Below, one piece after another: positions 8,925 to 18,790 of a stretch of DNA of 64,000 nucleotides; the stretch's first letter is position 1; each line of letters opens with the position of its first letter. Origin of the DNA: a virus; the UHGV virus genome UHGV-1384413; one strand, given 5' to 3'. The position numbers were made by a program, and so were the translations under genes. Below the pieces are notes generated by a model. It did no database searches. It worked only from the letters and a program-made list of their open reading frames with translations, and had not been told where the DNA came from.

Positions 8925-8950
8925 AGGGGCTTAAAGGCCCCTTTCTTTTT
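8925..8950 (+). terminator. rho-independent terminator
   Basis: GGGGC-TTAAAG-GCCCC hairpin followed by TTTCTTTTT. Confidence 0.7.
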
Positions 8951-11411
8951 GTCTGCTCTTCTCCTACCATAAACGGCCCTACCTGGCAAGTGGAATAATT
9001 GACTAGCCATCAATCCCACACACTGTATAAATATACATGGAAAATAACTATTGCATAATTTTTCATTGTGTGGTAGCAAGGCCATTTTTACCCGTTTTCT
9101 CTCCCAAAATTGCACGTAATGCCGCTATTGCACAAAATTTAACCTGATGCACATCTTCAACATCTTGTCAATAACTAAAAATCTTTATAAGTCATACACT
9201 TACACAACCATAAAGCCGTGTTCTACGTGAAAAATCGAGTATAACTATAGCCGCCAGATCTCAGAATTTACGTACGTTCACCATTCTATAGCCTGCAAAG
9301 TATTTATTCCAACCACAGAATAACGGAATAGTCAATACCTGCATAAAATAATTATTCGTGTAAACTGCATAACATAAATCAGCTCAGGTGTCAACATTTT
9401 TCGTAAGCAGTTCGAAATTGTCACGATAAGTTATTATACACAAAGAAATCTTTAGTCGTCTAATGGTTACTATACATTACTAATCTGACTGGAATCATTA
9501 GATGACTAAGAGAAAGATAAGAAATAATTAATAATGTAATTGTTTTACCTGTAACAATAAGGCAACTATGCAAACGAATGGCATGGCGCGACGGAGTCGC
9601 GACATAATATAAAAGCAGTAACCATCACCCCCGTGATAGTTTTTCTGCAATCTATTACTCAGATCATAGTTGCCTTGTATTTAGTTAATCATGACATAAC
9701 AAGCAAGGCAACTATAGATCTTCTAATAGTTGCCCTGCTTTTATATTATGTCATAGAAACGCCCGAAGGGGTGACCTAGTCACCTGGCATAGCCAGCGAA
9801 AGATTATTATCTTGTTAATTGTTTTCATGCAAACGAATGTCATGGCTTATCATCTATGCGTGAACTATCCAGGCGTAAACAGTCTATGCGGGAACAATCT
9901 ATACGGGAACAGTGAGGCATGCAATAGTAACAACTGTTATTGTATCCGGTGTGTTGAGTATGCCCGGTGTGTCACTATTATGTCACATTATGTCAGACAA
10001 GTTTTTCTCCTCTTTGTCAAGTGCTGCATGAAAAATTTACAAACTGGTATGGTAGCATTTTTGCGGCCCTGTTTACATTCAGAAATGTATGTATAATCCT
10101 TGGTGTGTGGGCGTTTAGACGTCTGGACGGTCAGAAGTCCGCAGGTCAATATCTAATCTATTGGTTGCTAACTATATCCCACACAAATAGTAAGAAATAT
10201 AATTGTTATGTGCGTAAACAGTAACCCATGTTATCAATCCCTGTATGTATCGCCAGTGGTGCGCATAATGGGTATTATGTTAAATTGCCCGTAATGATAA
10301 CTATTCTCACAATGATAGGTATTCTCATTCATCCCCACAAGATAGATTGCAAATGTTGTGCCACTGTGTGAACGGCCTGGTCTATTAATTTGCCTCACTG
10401 CCTCGATATTTGAGAATTATTATAAAAATGAGAAGTATTCCCATTCCGTCCGCCTGGCAGCACTCCTGTAGGACAAGCACAAAATCGGGGCATAACTGAC
10501 CTGTTCAGATATTTCTGGCTGACTCTTCAGGTCTGTGTGGGAAAAGCCAACCTCTCCGGCGGCGGGGTAGGGGTCAATTAAAAAATTTATGCGGTGTATG
10601 AAACCCTCTTCAGGCAAGGTGTGTATTATGGTATGAAACCCTCTTCAGGCAATGATATTTGTGGGTGTGATATTTGCTGGAAAGCCAGATATGACGGGAC
10701 TCCCGGCGGGGCAGGGGTAGTACAGACAGGGAAAATGTGGGGATGTAGTTGGGGAAATTGATCAGACAGGTAGAGTATGGAATATGTTATGAATATGTTA
10801 AATATGGAGGGTGAATATCTGTAGGATTTGTGTGTAAAATCAAAGACTTAAGTGGTGTTGTGGTATTTTCTATAAATAATTCAAGTTTAATAGGTAATAT
10901 TTGTCTCTATCCACTTTGTGTGGTAAACAGATTTAGATGAAATTGGTTTACAAGTGTATACATAATATACAAATTAAAGATACAAGAAACCCCCCTCCCC
11001 CTTCGGCTACCATTCACCTTTTCCTCTGACTGGTACTTAAACACTTATTCAGACTCTTCAGGTTATCACCCATATACTATATGGCAGTGACTGGTGTCCT
11101 CCGGCCCCTCTTTCGTCACCCGTCCGCTTCGCCAAGCTAATGCCATAGCCAAATGTTCGGTTGTTCACCCTGTTCACTCAGGTGTATCTCCATACCCCTT
11201 CAAACCGAAGAGAACAGAAAACCCGAATTACTCGGTAAAAGAAAAGAGAAGAACTTAATTTTATCAAGATAGGCAAGAATGTCAAGGGATGACTGCTCAC
11301 TAAACAAGCAAACAGTCATGTGTGGTAGGTAAGTGATTGTAGTGGTGGAAAATTTAGTTGAAAGATGTGTTATAGTGCTCCCAGCACTTTAGCCGGGCAG
11401 CTAATTGTGTG
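8951..11411. other. 2.4 kb AT-rich non-coding region with dyad and direct repeats
   Basis: No ORF with a credible RBS; palindromes and repeated AGGCAACTAT, ATGTCA and GTATGAAACCCTCTTCAGGCAA motifs. Confidence 0.6.
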
Positions 11412-11627
11412 TCAGTCCAGAGGTTCATCCTCCACTTCACTGAAATCAATGTTCATGGTCTCTTCCCAACCATCGATCTCAGCACAAGAGTGAAGTTCTT
11501 TAGGGTTTACTCCCAAAGCCTCAGCAACAGAGTCTATATTTAACACCTCTGGCAGGTATGATTCATCAAATTCAAGGTAAATCAGGCCACGAGTGTTGTC
11601 AGCCCCACCAAATATTTCTATTTTCAT
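11412..11627 (-). CDS. hypothetical acidic protein (71 aa)
   Basis: ATG with AGAGGAG RBS. Confidence 0.5.
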   Translation of the reverse strand: MKIEIFGGADNTRGLIYLEFDESYLPEVLNIDSVAEALGVNPKELHSCAEIDGWEETMNIDFSEVEDEPLD

Positions 11628-11746
11628 GAAATCTCCTCTGGAAATGAGAGTGTGAACAGGGTTATACGTTCCAATATGATGGAATTATGCACGTTTGCCT
11701 CTTCAGGCCATGCTTTAGCATGATAAACTTATGTGGGCTCGGTGCT

Positions 11747-11959
11747 TCATAGTCTCCCACCTCTGAACTCTTCGTGCTCAGGCATAATAGAGAACCAGAT
11801 ATCTACGATGTCTTCCCACGTTAGGTCATCAGCCTCAGGATCTACCTGGAGCGAAGATGGAGAATCTTCAGAATCGAAGTTTTCCTCTTTCACTGGCTCA
11901 GCCAAGGGACATATGGTCACTCCTTTGGATGTCTCTTCAGATGCATGTGTGTTGATCAT
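11747..11959 (-). CDS. hypothetical acidic protein (70 aa)
   Basis: ORF-track ORF, ATG start. Confidence 0.4.
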   Translation of the reverse strand: MINTHASEETSKGVTICPLAEPVKEENFDSEDSPSSLQVDPEADDLTWEDIVDIWFSIMPEHEEFRGGRL

Positions 11960-12267
11960 GTTCCACCCGTGAGTATTCCGGCAACAGCTGCTATGGACGT
12001 GATGATCATCAGGATCACCACTAAAACCTCTGACAATGTTTTCATTGTGTATTCCATATTATCCAAACAATGTGTGGATATTATCACAGGAGCGGTAATG
12101 TGTCAACAGAAGCGCCGCGAGGGTTTGGTTAAAATCCGAGCGTATGGTGATTTGGGTCAAAACGGACGTGCGTTCTCGCTACGCTCGAAATAGAGAGTTG
12201 TTTACAGGCCGTCCTTAAACGCTCTGTAATAAGATTATCCATCTAAGGTATGCAATCGTGCACCAGA

Positions 12268-12296
12268 TAAAGAAAAGGACGCCACAGAGCGTCCTA
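12268..12296 (-). terminator. rho-independent terminator
   Basis: GGACGC-CACAGA-GCGTCC hairpin followed by T-run on the minus strand. Confidence 0.7.
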
Positions 12297-12319
12297 GGTG
12301 CCTTAAATTTGATATTTTG

Positions 12320-12631
12320 CTATACCCATGAGGGCTTGTCCAGGTTGGAGTAACTGAAAGGGGTCAAAAGGTGACTGTCAAAATCTTTCAAACTGTCCAG
12401 ATCTTTTTCCTCGTCCTGACACCATCTGTGTCTACATTTATTGTTGTAGTGCATGGAATGCATAGCGTTCTGCAACTTAATAGGCACAAGTGATTCAGGA
12501 GTAGATAGAATTGTTGGGTATGCCAGGACTATCTCAAACAATGGAAACACATCGAAACTGAAGTCTATTTCTGCTGAGGTTGCTGGCATATAGGAGTATT
12601 TAGCTGTCGTTGTAGACATAATCCACCTCAC
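12320..12631 (-). CDS. hypothetical protein (103 aa)
   Basis: ORF in same-strand array; stop overlaps upstream gene start. Confidence 0.5.
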   Translation of the reverse strand: MRWIMSTTTAKYSYMPATSAEIDFSFDVFPLFEIVLAYPTILSTPESLVPIKLQNAMHSMHYNNKCRHRWCQDEEKDLDSLKDFDSHLLTPFSYSNLDKPSWV

Positions 12632-12960
12632 ACAGGCTTGATAATACCTTCACCGAATAACTCTTTATATTTAATCTTATCAGGATCCCACTCCTGGATA
12701 ATTTCGAAGACAATATCCAGCCCGGGGATAATCACTTCTCCAGTATCAAGTCTGGCAAGAACAAAACCGGAAGGTTGAATGGTTTCCCAGTTACGGCGAT
12801 CAGAATAGAATACTTCGAAAATATCACCAACCTCAATCCGTTTCTGTTGCTCAAGATGATCCAGGTTCTCTTTCATGCGGATGCAGCGTATTTTACGTGC
12901 AGGCCACAGGCCACCTGCATCACGTTCATTTAGCTCTTTTACAGTAATCGGCATTAACAT
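12628..12960 (-). CDS. hypothetical protein (110 aa)
   Basis: ATG start; coupled to downstream gene. Confidence 0.5.
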   Translation of the reverse strand: MLMPITVKELNERDAGGLWPARKIRCIRMKENLDHLEQQKRIEVGDIFEVFYSDRRNWETIQPSGFVLARLDTGEVIIPGLDIVFEIIQEWDPDKIKYKELFGEGIIKPV

Positions 12961-12982
12961 CTCTGATCTCCTTCATAGGTAG

Positions 12983-13012
12983 TAAAAAGAGGGGCTTTGA
13001 GCCCCTCTTTGT
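12983..13012 (-). terminator. rho-independent terminator (hairpin is T-flanked on both sides)
   Basis: AGAGGGGC-TTTGA-GCCCCTCT hairpin with T-runs. Confidence 0.65.
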
Positions 13013-13014
13013 CA

Positions 13015-13320
13015 TTATTCTACAGAGCGTTTGAACAGAATGTCTGCTTCAGACATGTGCTCAACCTCCTCTTCGATTTTAGCTCGACGTTTTTCAGCTT
13101 CGTAGCGGATATCGAACTCGGTAGCCACCAATGACTTGATAAACTTAGGAGAATACAAGTGATCCTGTTTCTCGACAAGAATAATATCCTTGATAGCGTC
13201 TTTCAGATCTTTAATCTGAAGCTGAAGTTCCACCAGCTCTTCAATTGTTTTACGGAGGCGATCACGCTCTGCAATGTCAGAAGGAAGAGAGGTGAACAGT
13301 TCAACTTTAGATTTAGCCAT
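13015..13320 (-). CDS. hypothetical coiled-coil protein (101 aa)
   Basis: ORF-track ORF; heptad-like charged sequence. Confidence 0.5.
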   Translation of the reverse strand: MAKSKVELFTSLPSDIAERDRLRKTIEELVELQLQIKDLKDAIKDIILVEKQDHLYSPKFIKSLVATEFDIRYEAEKRRAKIEEEVEHMSEADILFKRSVE

Positions 13321-13348
13321 AGTAAGAGTCTCCTTATATTGTTTTAAA

Positions 13349-13600
13349 TTAGCGTTCTACAAAAATACCGTTCAGTTCGATAACCAGGAATTTCTGGTCT
13401 TCACTATCGTCACGTGCCAGCACCTCACAGACGTAACGGTCATCTCCGTCATCATCGCAGTCAAATACAAGGCTGAGGACTTTATCATGATAAACCTTCG
13501 CCACTACCGCCTCGTAAGTGTTGCCGATTGTGAATCCAAGATAGTCCCCGATGCATTTGACAACAACATGGTCGCCAGCATTTAAGTCAATCTTCGCCAT
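13349..13600 (-). CDS. hypothetical protein (83 aa)
   Basis: Internal ATG at 13600 preceded by AAGGAG; longer ORF-track start at 13666 lacks RBS. Confidence 0.5.
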   Translation of the reverse strand: MAKIDLNAGDHVVVKCIGDYLGFTIGNTYEAVVAKVYHDKVLSLVFDCDDDGDDRYVCEVLARDDSEDQKFLVIELNGIFVER

Positions 13601-13755
13601 TACTGTGCTCCTTGGGTGATAATATGGTATGTAAAACTTTAACCAGAGATGTGAATAACGCCCCAAAACACACAGATAGCGCTAAAACGGATAAGGCCAT
13701 CATTAAAGCTTCAGTAAAATCAGTCATTCCTCACCTCTTGTTAGTAACTATACTA

Positions 13756-14019
13756 TCATTTATCTTTGCCGTCAAGAACTTTTTTAAATCTCTCAGGAAT
13801 ATCTCCTGTTCTTAGATAGTTCATGACCTCACAAGGTTCCCACTTAAACTTCTTACACAGCAGGGCGGCTGAGATTGTCTCATTGCGAAAAGAAAGGATA
13901 TCAATATCCCACTCTGAGAACCCTAATTTCCGAAGAGTGGCTATAGAAATCCTCACAGCAACCCAACAAGAGAGGCACGCAACAAACGCTACTGCTACAA
14001 CCCACACCAAGATGTTCAT
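13756..14019 (-). CDS. membrane protein (N-terminal TM)
   Basis: Hydrophobic N-terminus MNILVWVVAVAFVACL. Confidence 0.5.
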   Translation of the reverse strand: MNILVWVVAVAFVACLSCWVAVRISIATLRKLGFSEWDIDILSFRNETISAALLCKKFKWEPCEVMNYLRTGDIPERFKKVLDGKDK

Positions 14020-14108
14020 ACAGCCCCCTTAATGAAATACAAGACATAGTGCCAAGGTCACTATCCCGCAAATAATTAACAGTGTCGTTGCAACCTTGGC
14101 AAGATTTA

Positions 14109-14396
14109 TCATAGCGTCTCTAAAATTTCATACCCTTCGGGTCGGAAAACAAGCCACTCAGGTGCTCCATTTGGTCGATACGCTTTATACAGAACAACCT
14201 GATCTCGGCACATACACATTGCTACATAGTTTTCATCCACACCTGCAGCCTGCATTGCATCTTCTTCTCCGGCAACCGCTTTGCTTACAACTTCCTTGGT
14301 AGGCAGGTGGGCGATCAGCTCGTCACCATCGTTAATTCCAAAATGGCTGAGTTCTCCATTGGTGTCTTTAATCTTGATCTTAACCAAATCTTTCAT
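14109..14396 (-). CDS. hypothetical protein (95 aa)
   Basis: ORF in coupled array. Confidence 0.5.
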   Translation of the reverse strand: MKDLVKIKIKDTNGELSHFGINDGDELIAHLPTKEVVSKAVAGEEDAMQAAGVDENYVAMCMCRDQVVLYKAYRPNGAPEWLVFRPEGYEILETL

Positions 14397-14725
14397 TAGT
14401 CTTCCCCCAAGTTCAAAGGTCCTAAGATCTCATATGCCAGATTAGAAGTTACCAGAGGATCTTCTGCATCTTTAGTATTATACCACCCGTGAATAACCAG
14501 AGTCCCACTTTGCTTCATGTCTAACTGGAACTGTTCTGCCGTTTCCTCATCCATCTCCAAGATCTCCATGAGGTATTTGATGTTAGGAAGGTATGCAGCT
14601 GTTACAGTCCCCTCTACTAGGCCTTCAGGCCAACCTACATCCGGATGACAAGTAGGGACCAGAGAGGTCAGCTTGATAGTGTATGCTTTTTCTGCACGAG
14701 CCTTCAGTAACGGATCAATTTTCAT
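14396..14725 (-). CDS. hypothetical protein (109 aa)
   Basis: ORF in coupled array. Confidence 0.5.
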   Translation of the reverse strand: MKIDPLLKARAEKAYTIKLTSLVPTCHPDVGWPEGLVEGTVTAAYLPNIKYLMEILEMDEETAEQFQLDMKQSGTLVIHGWYNTKDAEDPLVTSNLAYEILGPLNLGED

Positions 14726-15075
14726 TATTCTTCCTCCTCTTCGGTGCCTGCTTCCAGTAGTAAGTTAAGAACATCTTCAGCAGAAGGTTCGTAGAACTCT
14801 TGGCCTTCGTTGTCGATGATACGATAGTCATCACCACGAATAATCAGAGGATCGTTATCAAAACCTTCAAGACCTTTAACAACGACAACACGGTCGATTG
14901 CCATCATTGTAAGAACTTTATCAACATCTTCCTCTGCCACACCATACTGCAGCAGGATGTCTTTGGTAGGAGGAACAGCATCAACCACAACACCGTTACC
15001 AAAACCTTCCGGAAGTTTAGCTAAAATATCTTCCGGAACCGCATTCATATCAAAACCTGTGATCTCTACTTTCAT
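14725..15075 (-). CDS. hypothetical acidic protein (116 aa)
   Basis: ORF in coupled array; acidic C-terminal tail. Confidence 0.5.
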   Translation of the reverse strand: MKVEITGFDMNAVPEDILAKLPEGFGNGVVVDAVPPTKDILLQYGVAEEDVDKVLTMMAIDRVVVVKGLEGFDNDPLIIRGDDYRIIDNEGQEFYEPSAEDVLNLLLEAGTEEEEE

Positions 15076-15336
15076 TTACAGCACCTCTTCGTCAACTACT
15101 TCATAAAAATGGCTTGGGATTGCAATGGCGTTCTCGCCTTCACCTAAGAACACTGTCCCACTAACGATTAACATTAGAAGAACGTCTGCGATACCTTCCT
15201 CGGGTACGTTGCCAAAACCTTTAATCAGCTCGTAGGTTGGAAGATTTACCTCTAAGATGTCACCATCCTTAGAACGGAAATCAACACCGTCCTGAATCTC
15301 TGCCGTTTCAAGGTTTTTCAATTTAATCTTCATCAA
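15076..15336 (-). CDS. hypothetical acidic protein (86 aa)
   Basis: ORF in coupled array. Confidence 0.5.
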   Translation of the reverse strand: MMKIKLKNLETAEIQDGVDFRSKDGDILEVNLPTYELIKGFGNVPEEGIADVLLMLIVSGTVFLGEGENAIAIPSHFYEVVDEEVL

Positions 15337-15412
15337 TCAGTCTCCTGTCTTGTTAAGATGGAGGTATTATTGCACACAGGGTTGGTGTTGTCAACACCTG
15401 TGTGGCATAAAA

Positions 15413-15808
15413 TTACTGAAATAGTGCAGATAAATTACCTTCTGGTGGGAACTTATCTGCCAGGAATGGGGTTAGAACAGTGGCCTTCTGAATATCAGGG
15501 GTCCACTCATTGTTCAGAACATCCCAGTAGTACGCAATGTTACTGTGTGGGTGCCGCATTACGAACTTTTTCCCTTCGTAGTCAGTTGAAACCTCTACAG
15601 AAGAAATAACAACAGAGTCTTCAAGGGTTTCTTCATAGAAAGATCCACCCTCAAATTTCCAACGAGATGCAAGAGCTCCTGCCTTGAACGCTGCAGATAA
15701 CGGACTGTCTGCAAGAACATACATTTCTTGCACTCTGTCACTGCGATCTTTGCTTCTTACATTGTATACAGTATCCGAGCTATACTCAACACGGTATAGA
15801 CTTACCAT
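15413..15808 (-). CDS. hypothetical protein, paralog family A (HYW...WTP motif)
   Basis: Shares C-terminal block with ORF 17615-18013. Confidence 0.55.
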   Translation of the reverse strand: MVSLYRVEYSSDTVYNVRSKDRSDRVQEMYVLADSPLSAAFKAGALASRWKFEGGSFYEETLEDSVVISSVEVSTDYEGKKFVMRHPHSNIAYYWDVLNNEWTPDIQKATVLTPFLADKFPPEGNLSALFQ

Positions 15809-16155
15809 TACCTAACCTCCTCAATAACTTCCACATCTGAACCCACCACAAATGCAAAAGGGCAGGTTTCATGAAAGATATCCGGATCTCCACCAAGCTT
15901 GCTAACTATCTCTCCACCACTAATAAACACAAGCTCACCAATATTCATCAGATTGCTAAAATAGTAGCCATAATGATTGAAGAATGCAGCTGGGTCAGGT
16001 AGACTGGTGGCCTCAAGCTCTACATTGCTTGAGATCACTTTCTTATCATACCCTCTCGCCTTTTGAGATGCAAGATCTGCAGAGTCTTCAGGAGACCGGA
16101 GATGCACAGGAATTGTTTCACCAATAAAGCGTACTTTCATATTCTCACCCCACAA
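15808..16155 (-). CDS. hypothetical protein, paralog family B
   Basis: N- and C-terminal blocks shared with 18026-18280. Confidence 0.55.
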   Translation of the reverse strand: MWGENMKVRFIGETIPVHLRSPEDSADLASQKARGYDKKVISSNVELEATSLPDPAAFFNHYGYYFSNLMNIGELVFISGGEIVSKLGGDPDIFHETCPFAFVVGSDVEVIEEVR

Positions 16156-16408
16156 TCATAGCTTCAAAAGGTGTCATAAACGAATAAACAGCATCATCAT
16201 CTGCTTCAGGGAATGCCCCCAAAGACTTTATGTCTGATCCCTTGACAAATACAAGGTTTTGATCAAAAGCTTCTTGGGGATCAATCCGATACATATCTCG
16301 TAGGATATTGCTTACCTCCTCATCAAGAGGTGAGTATGCTGTGCACGTTTTTCCAATCAAGCTTTGAGAATCAGGGTATCCACCTGAAGTTTTAAAATAA
16401 ACAATCAT
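16145..16408 (-). CDS. hypothetical protein, probable paralog family B member
   Basis: FVKGSDIKSLGAFPE block resembles FILGSDLIAAGAPE of 18026-18280. Confidence 0.5.
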   Translation of the reverse strand: MIVYFKTSGGYPDSQSLIGKTCTAYSPLDEEVSNILRDMYRIDPQEAFDQNLVFVKGSDIKSLGAFPEADDDAVYSFMTPFEAMIVG

Positions 16409-16499
16409 ATAGTATCACCTCTGGCAAGAGATGGGGATTCCTTTCCCACAAATAATTACAAACCTTCCTTATCGAGGAAGCATGCTAATCCAAGCAGGA

Positions 16500-16769
16500 T
16501 TATTCCTCTACAATCTCATACACATCAGGAGTTACAATCAACTCTTCTCCGTTACCCGGTGCAACAAACACCACCAAGCCTTCAGGTGTGTGCTTTTTAG
16601 CCATCTCGATAACATCTTCTCGCAGAGCTGGCTCCATCAGATCAAAGCCTTCACCCAGGGCATCACGAACCACCTTCATATAGTCCACTGGTTGTGCTTC
16701 AACAATCATGCCTTCAACCAGTCCACAGTTTTTGTCTGCCAGCTCAGTTTTGAATAATTTAATTTTCAT
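16500..16769 (-). CDS. hypothetical acidic protein (89 aa)
   Basis: ORF-track ORF. Confidence 0.5.
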   Translation of the reverse strand: MKIKLFKTELADKNCGLVEGMIVEAQPVDYMKVVRDALGEGFDLMEPALREDVIEMAKKHTPEGLVVFVAPGNGEELIVTPDVYEIVEE

Positions 16770-16795
16770 TTAGAGGTCTCCTCAATTATTTGATA

Positions 16796-16897
16796 TTAAT
16801 AGCCGTAACCTAACACATTAACTACAACTACGATTGCAAACATAATTTCAAAGCATGCAATCTCTACATTTGGGACTAATTTCTTAATCATACCCAT
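16796..16897 (-). CDS. small membrane peptide (33 aa)
   Basis: ATG with GGAGAATGAGGTG RBS; hydrophobic; below ORF-track cutoff. Confidence 0.3.
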   Translation of the reverse strand: MGMIKKLVPNVEIACFEIMFAIVVVVNVLGYGY

Positions 16898-16906
16898 TGT
16901 AGCACC

Positions 16907-17224
16907 TCATTCTCCAAAGTCAATCTTTACTTTGCCTTTCCCCTTACCTTTCTTTCCACCACATTTAGCCAACTGACGTGCTGCAACATCTACCATACGG
17001 TCAGTTGCCTCGTAAGCATCACTGCCTTTAGCTTTGGCAATAACTTCTTTTCCGGAAGTGTCAAAAATGAACGCCATAACTTCCTGGTGATCATTTTCAA
17101 CTTTTACACTCACACGTGCATAGTTGGCAGAGGGGTGCAAACGCTCCAGCTTAGACATTTTGTGGGAAATGAAAGACACCATACCTTCAGTGATTTCTAC
17201 GTTGCCAGTGATTTCAATTTGCAT
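16907..17224 (-). CDS. hpf: ribosome hibernation promoting factor / RaiA-family protein
   Basis: MQIEITGNVEITEG N-terminus and DAYEATDRMVDVAARQLAK C-terminal block match the HPF/YfiA family pattern; ATG with AAGGA RBS. Confidence 0.75.
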   Translation of the reverse strand: MQIEITGNVEITEGMVSFISHKMSKLERLHPSANYARVSVKVENDHQEVMAFIFDTSGKEVIAKAKGSDAYEATDRMVDVAARQLAKCGGKKGKGKGKVKIDFGE

Positions 17225-17231
17225 AACGTGT

Positions 17232-17262
17232 TCCTTTTAAAGAAGAGGGAACCAAACCCTCT
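17232..17262 (-). terminator. rho-independent terminator
   Basis: AGAGGGA-ACCAAA-CCCTCT hairpin followed by T-rich tract on minus strand. Confidence 0.6.
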
Positions 17263-17306
17263 TTGAAAACAATGATACTAAATCTGAAGCGTTGTGTCAA
17301 CAGTTT

Positions 17307-17597
17307 TTACAGCTTGTCGTCGATAGTTTTTAAAATATCCACAGCAAGATCTGCCATTTTTCGAACATACTCTGCAAACTCAACAGGATCCTTGATCAAA
17401 GAATTCACAGGGTCGTACCCTAGAGCGTTCAAAATGGCTGCAGCATCTACAACCTTCTCATCATTTGCGAAGATCTCTCCATCAAACTTGTAGGTCCATT
17501 TTGAGTCAATCTTGGCAGAGAAGGATTGGTCAACGCTTGTTACACCATCCTTTTTAAACTCTCCAGTGTTATCAGTGTCCAGAACTAAATCCATCAT
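17307..17597 (-). CDS. hypothetical protein (96 aa)
   Basis: ORF-track ORF. Confidence 0.5.
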   Translation of the reverse strand: MMDLVLDTDNTGEFKKDGVTSVDQSFSAKIDSKWTYKFDGEIFANDEKVVDAAAILNALGYDPVNSLIKDPVEFAEYVRKMADLAVDILKTIDDKL

Positions 17598-17614
17598 GTT
17601 AGTACCTCACTGTT

Positions 17615-18013
17615 TCAGTCTAGCTTTTCTTCAACAACCCCATAACTTGGGGCAGAGTCAAGAGCTTTCTGGTTTAAAAGTGGCGTAGCAGAATCTGCAA
17701 ACGGTGTCCAAGTTTTTGTTCTGGCATTCCAGTAATGCTTCACTCTGGAATCTGGATGCACTATAACAAAAACTTTTTCACTTGTCAACACATTAATTTC
17801 TTCTACACCCTTGCTGATAATTTCTCCGTCATAGCCACCAGTCTGGTATCCTTCGTACCAGGTTCTTGCATATGCATAGCCAGCCTGCCAGCATGCAGCC
17901 TCCTCCGAGGTGGAGACTACGTAGAAGTCTTTCTCAAATTCTGGGATACGCCCTTGCTTTACGCTCCAAGACCCGCGAATTTTCATTGTAACTTTGAACA
18001 GTTTATTTTTCAC
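17615..18013 (-). CDS. hypothetical protein, paralog family A
   Basis: VIVHPDSRVKHYWNARTKTWTP block parallels 15413-15808. Confidence 0.55.
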   Translation of the reverse strand: MKNKLFKVTMKIRGSWSVKQGRIPEFEKDFYVVSTSEEAACWQAGYAYARTWYEGYQTGGYDGEIISKGVEEINVLTSEKVFVIVHPDSRVKHYWNARTKTWTPFADSATPLLNQKALDSAPSYGVVEEKLD

Positions 18014-18025
18014 AACGGTTACCCC

Positions 18026-18280
18026 TCACAGCTCTACAATCTCTGCATCTGACCCTGCCCCAAAGGCATAATAGGATTCTTCCCCGAAATAATATTCCGG
18101 TGCACCAGCAGCGATCAGGTCTGATCCCAAGATAAACACCACGTTGTGGCCTACATAACTGTGATGTTGCCGCACAGGATCATCCCACGGCAACCCTTCA
18201 AAGTATACCGCAGGAACGACCTTTCCATTCAGGAAGGATTGTCCCAAGTAGACGTTAGAATCAAGAATTTTAACCTTCAT
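18026..18280 (-). CDS. hypothetical protein, paralog family B (DLIAAGA motif)
   Basis: MKVK N-terminus and GSDLIAAGA block shared with 18270-18497 and 21805-22053. Confidence 0.55.
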   Translation of the reverse strand: MKVKILDSNVYLGQSFLNGKVVPAVYFEGLPWDDPVRQHHSYVGHNVVFILGSDLIAAGAPEYYFGEESYYAFGAGSDAEIVEL

Positions 18281-18497
18281 TCTCGTCCTCCACTATCTCT
18301 ACATCCTCACCAAGGGCAAAGTTGTAGGTCCACTGACTGTCAAAGCAGTCCTGAGATGCACCAGCGGCAATAAGATCTGCACCTTTTATTTTTAAAAGGT
18401 CAGGATAATCTTCGTTAGGGATAGCGGTAAACACTTTCCCCACTAAGGGCTCCTGACCAATATAGAAGCTTGAATCTAAAACTTTAACTTTCATCAA
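18270..18497 (-). CDS. hypothetical protein, paralog family B
   Basis: MMKVKVLD and GADLIAAGA blocks. Confidence 0.55.
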   Translation of the reverse strand: MMKVKVLDSSFYIGQEPLVGKVFTAIPNEDYPDLLKIKGADLIAAGASQDCFDSQWTYNFALGEDVEIVEDENEG

Positions 18498-18778
18498 CGG
18501 TCTCCCTCAGGCGGTTGTGGAACGTAAACACTGTTACGAATCTCGTCAGCAGTGTAGTAACAAGTTTTCCCCTCTCTGCCCCTGGCAGCAATGTATTCAG
18601 CTATACCAATAAGTGCCATAGCCTTGGTGGCGTATCTCTTAAGCTCGTTAGCTCCCCAGCAAAATCTCTGCCAAAACGGTATGAAACCGAATAGGTACAC
18701 CTTCTGTTTCACTATCCAATAAGTTCCTTTACAGATCACTTTAAACTCTGCAGCACTATTGCTAACACCATTGCTCAT
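18494..18778 (-). CDS. hypothetical protein (94 aa)
   Basis: ORF in coupled array. Confidence 0.5.
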   Translation of the reverse strand: MSNGVSNSAAEFKVICKGTYWIVKQKVYLFGFIPFWQRFCWGANELKRYATKAMALIGIAEYIAARGREGKTCYYTADEIRNSVYVPQPPEGDR

Positions 18779-18790
18779 TATCTTCTCCTT

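Noticed and set aside
9812-10224. Plus-strand ORFs 9812-10096 and 9967-10224 in the long intergenic region
   Set aside because: No Shine-Dalgarno sequence, overlapping frames, Cys/Asn-rich atypical composition; region is better explained as repeat-rich non-coding DNA.
11956-12057. 33-aa hydrophobic ORF on the minus strand (MEYTMKTLSEVLVVILMIITSIAAVAGILTGGT)
   Set aside because: Coupled ATGA overlap with the downstream gene is suggestive, but there is no recognizable RBS; not annotated as a feature.
8951-12320. DnaA-box-based origin assignment
   Set aside because: Only imperfect TGTGGATA-like matches (for example near 12071) were seen; insufficient to call DnaA boxes.
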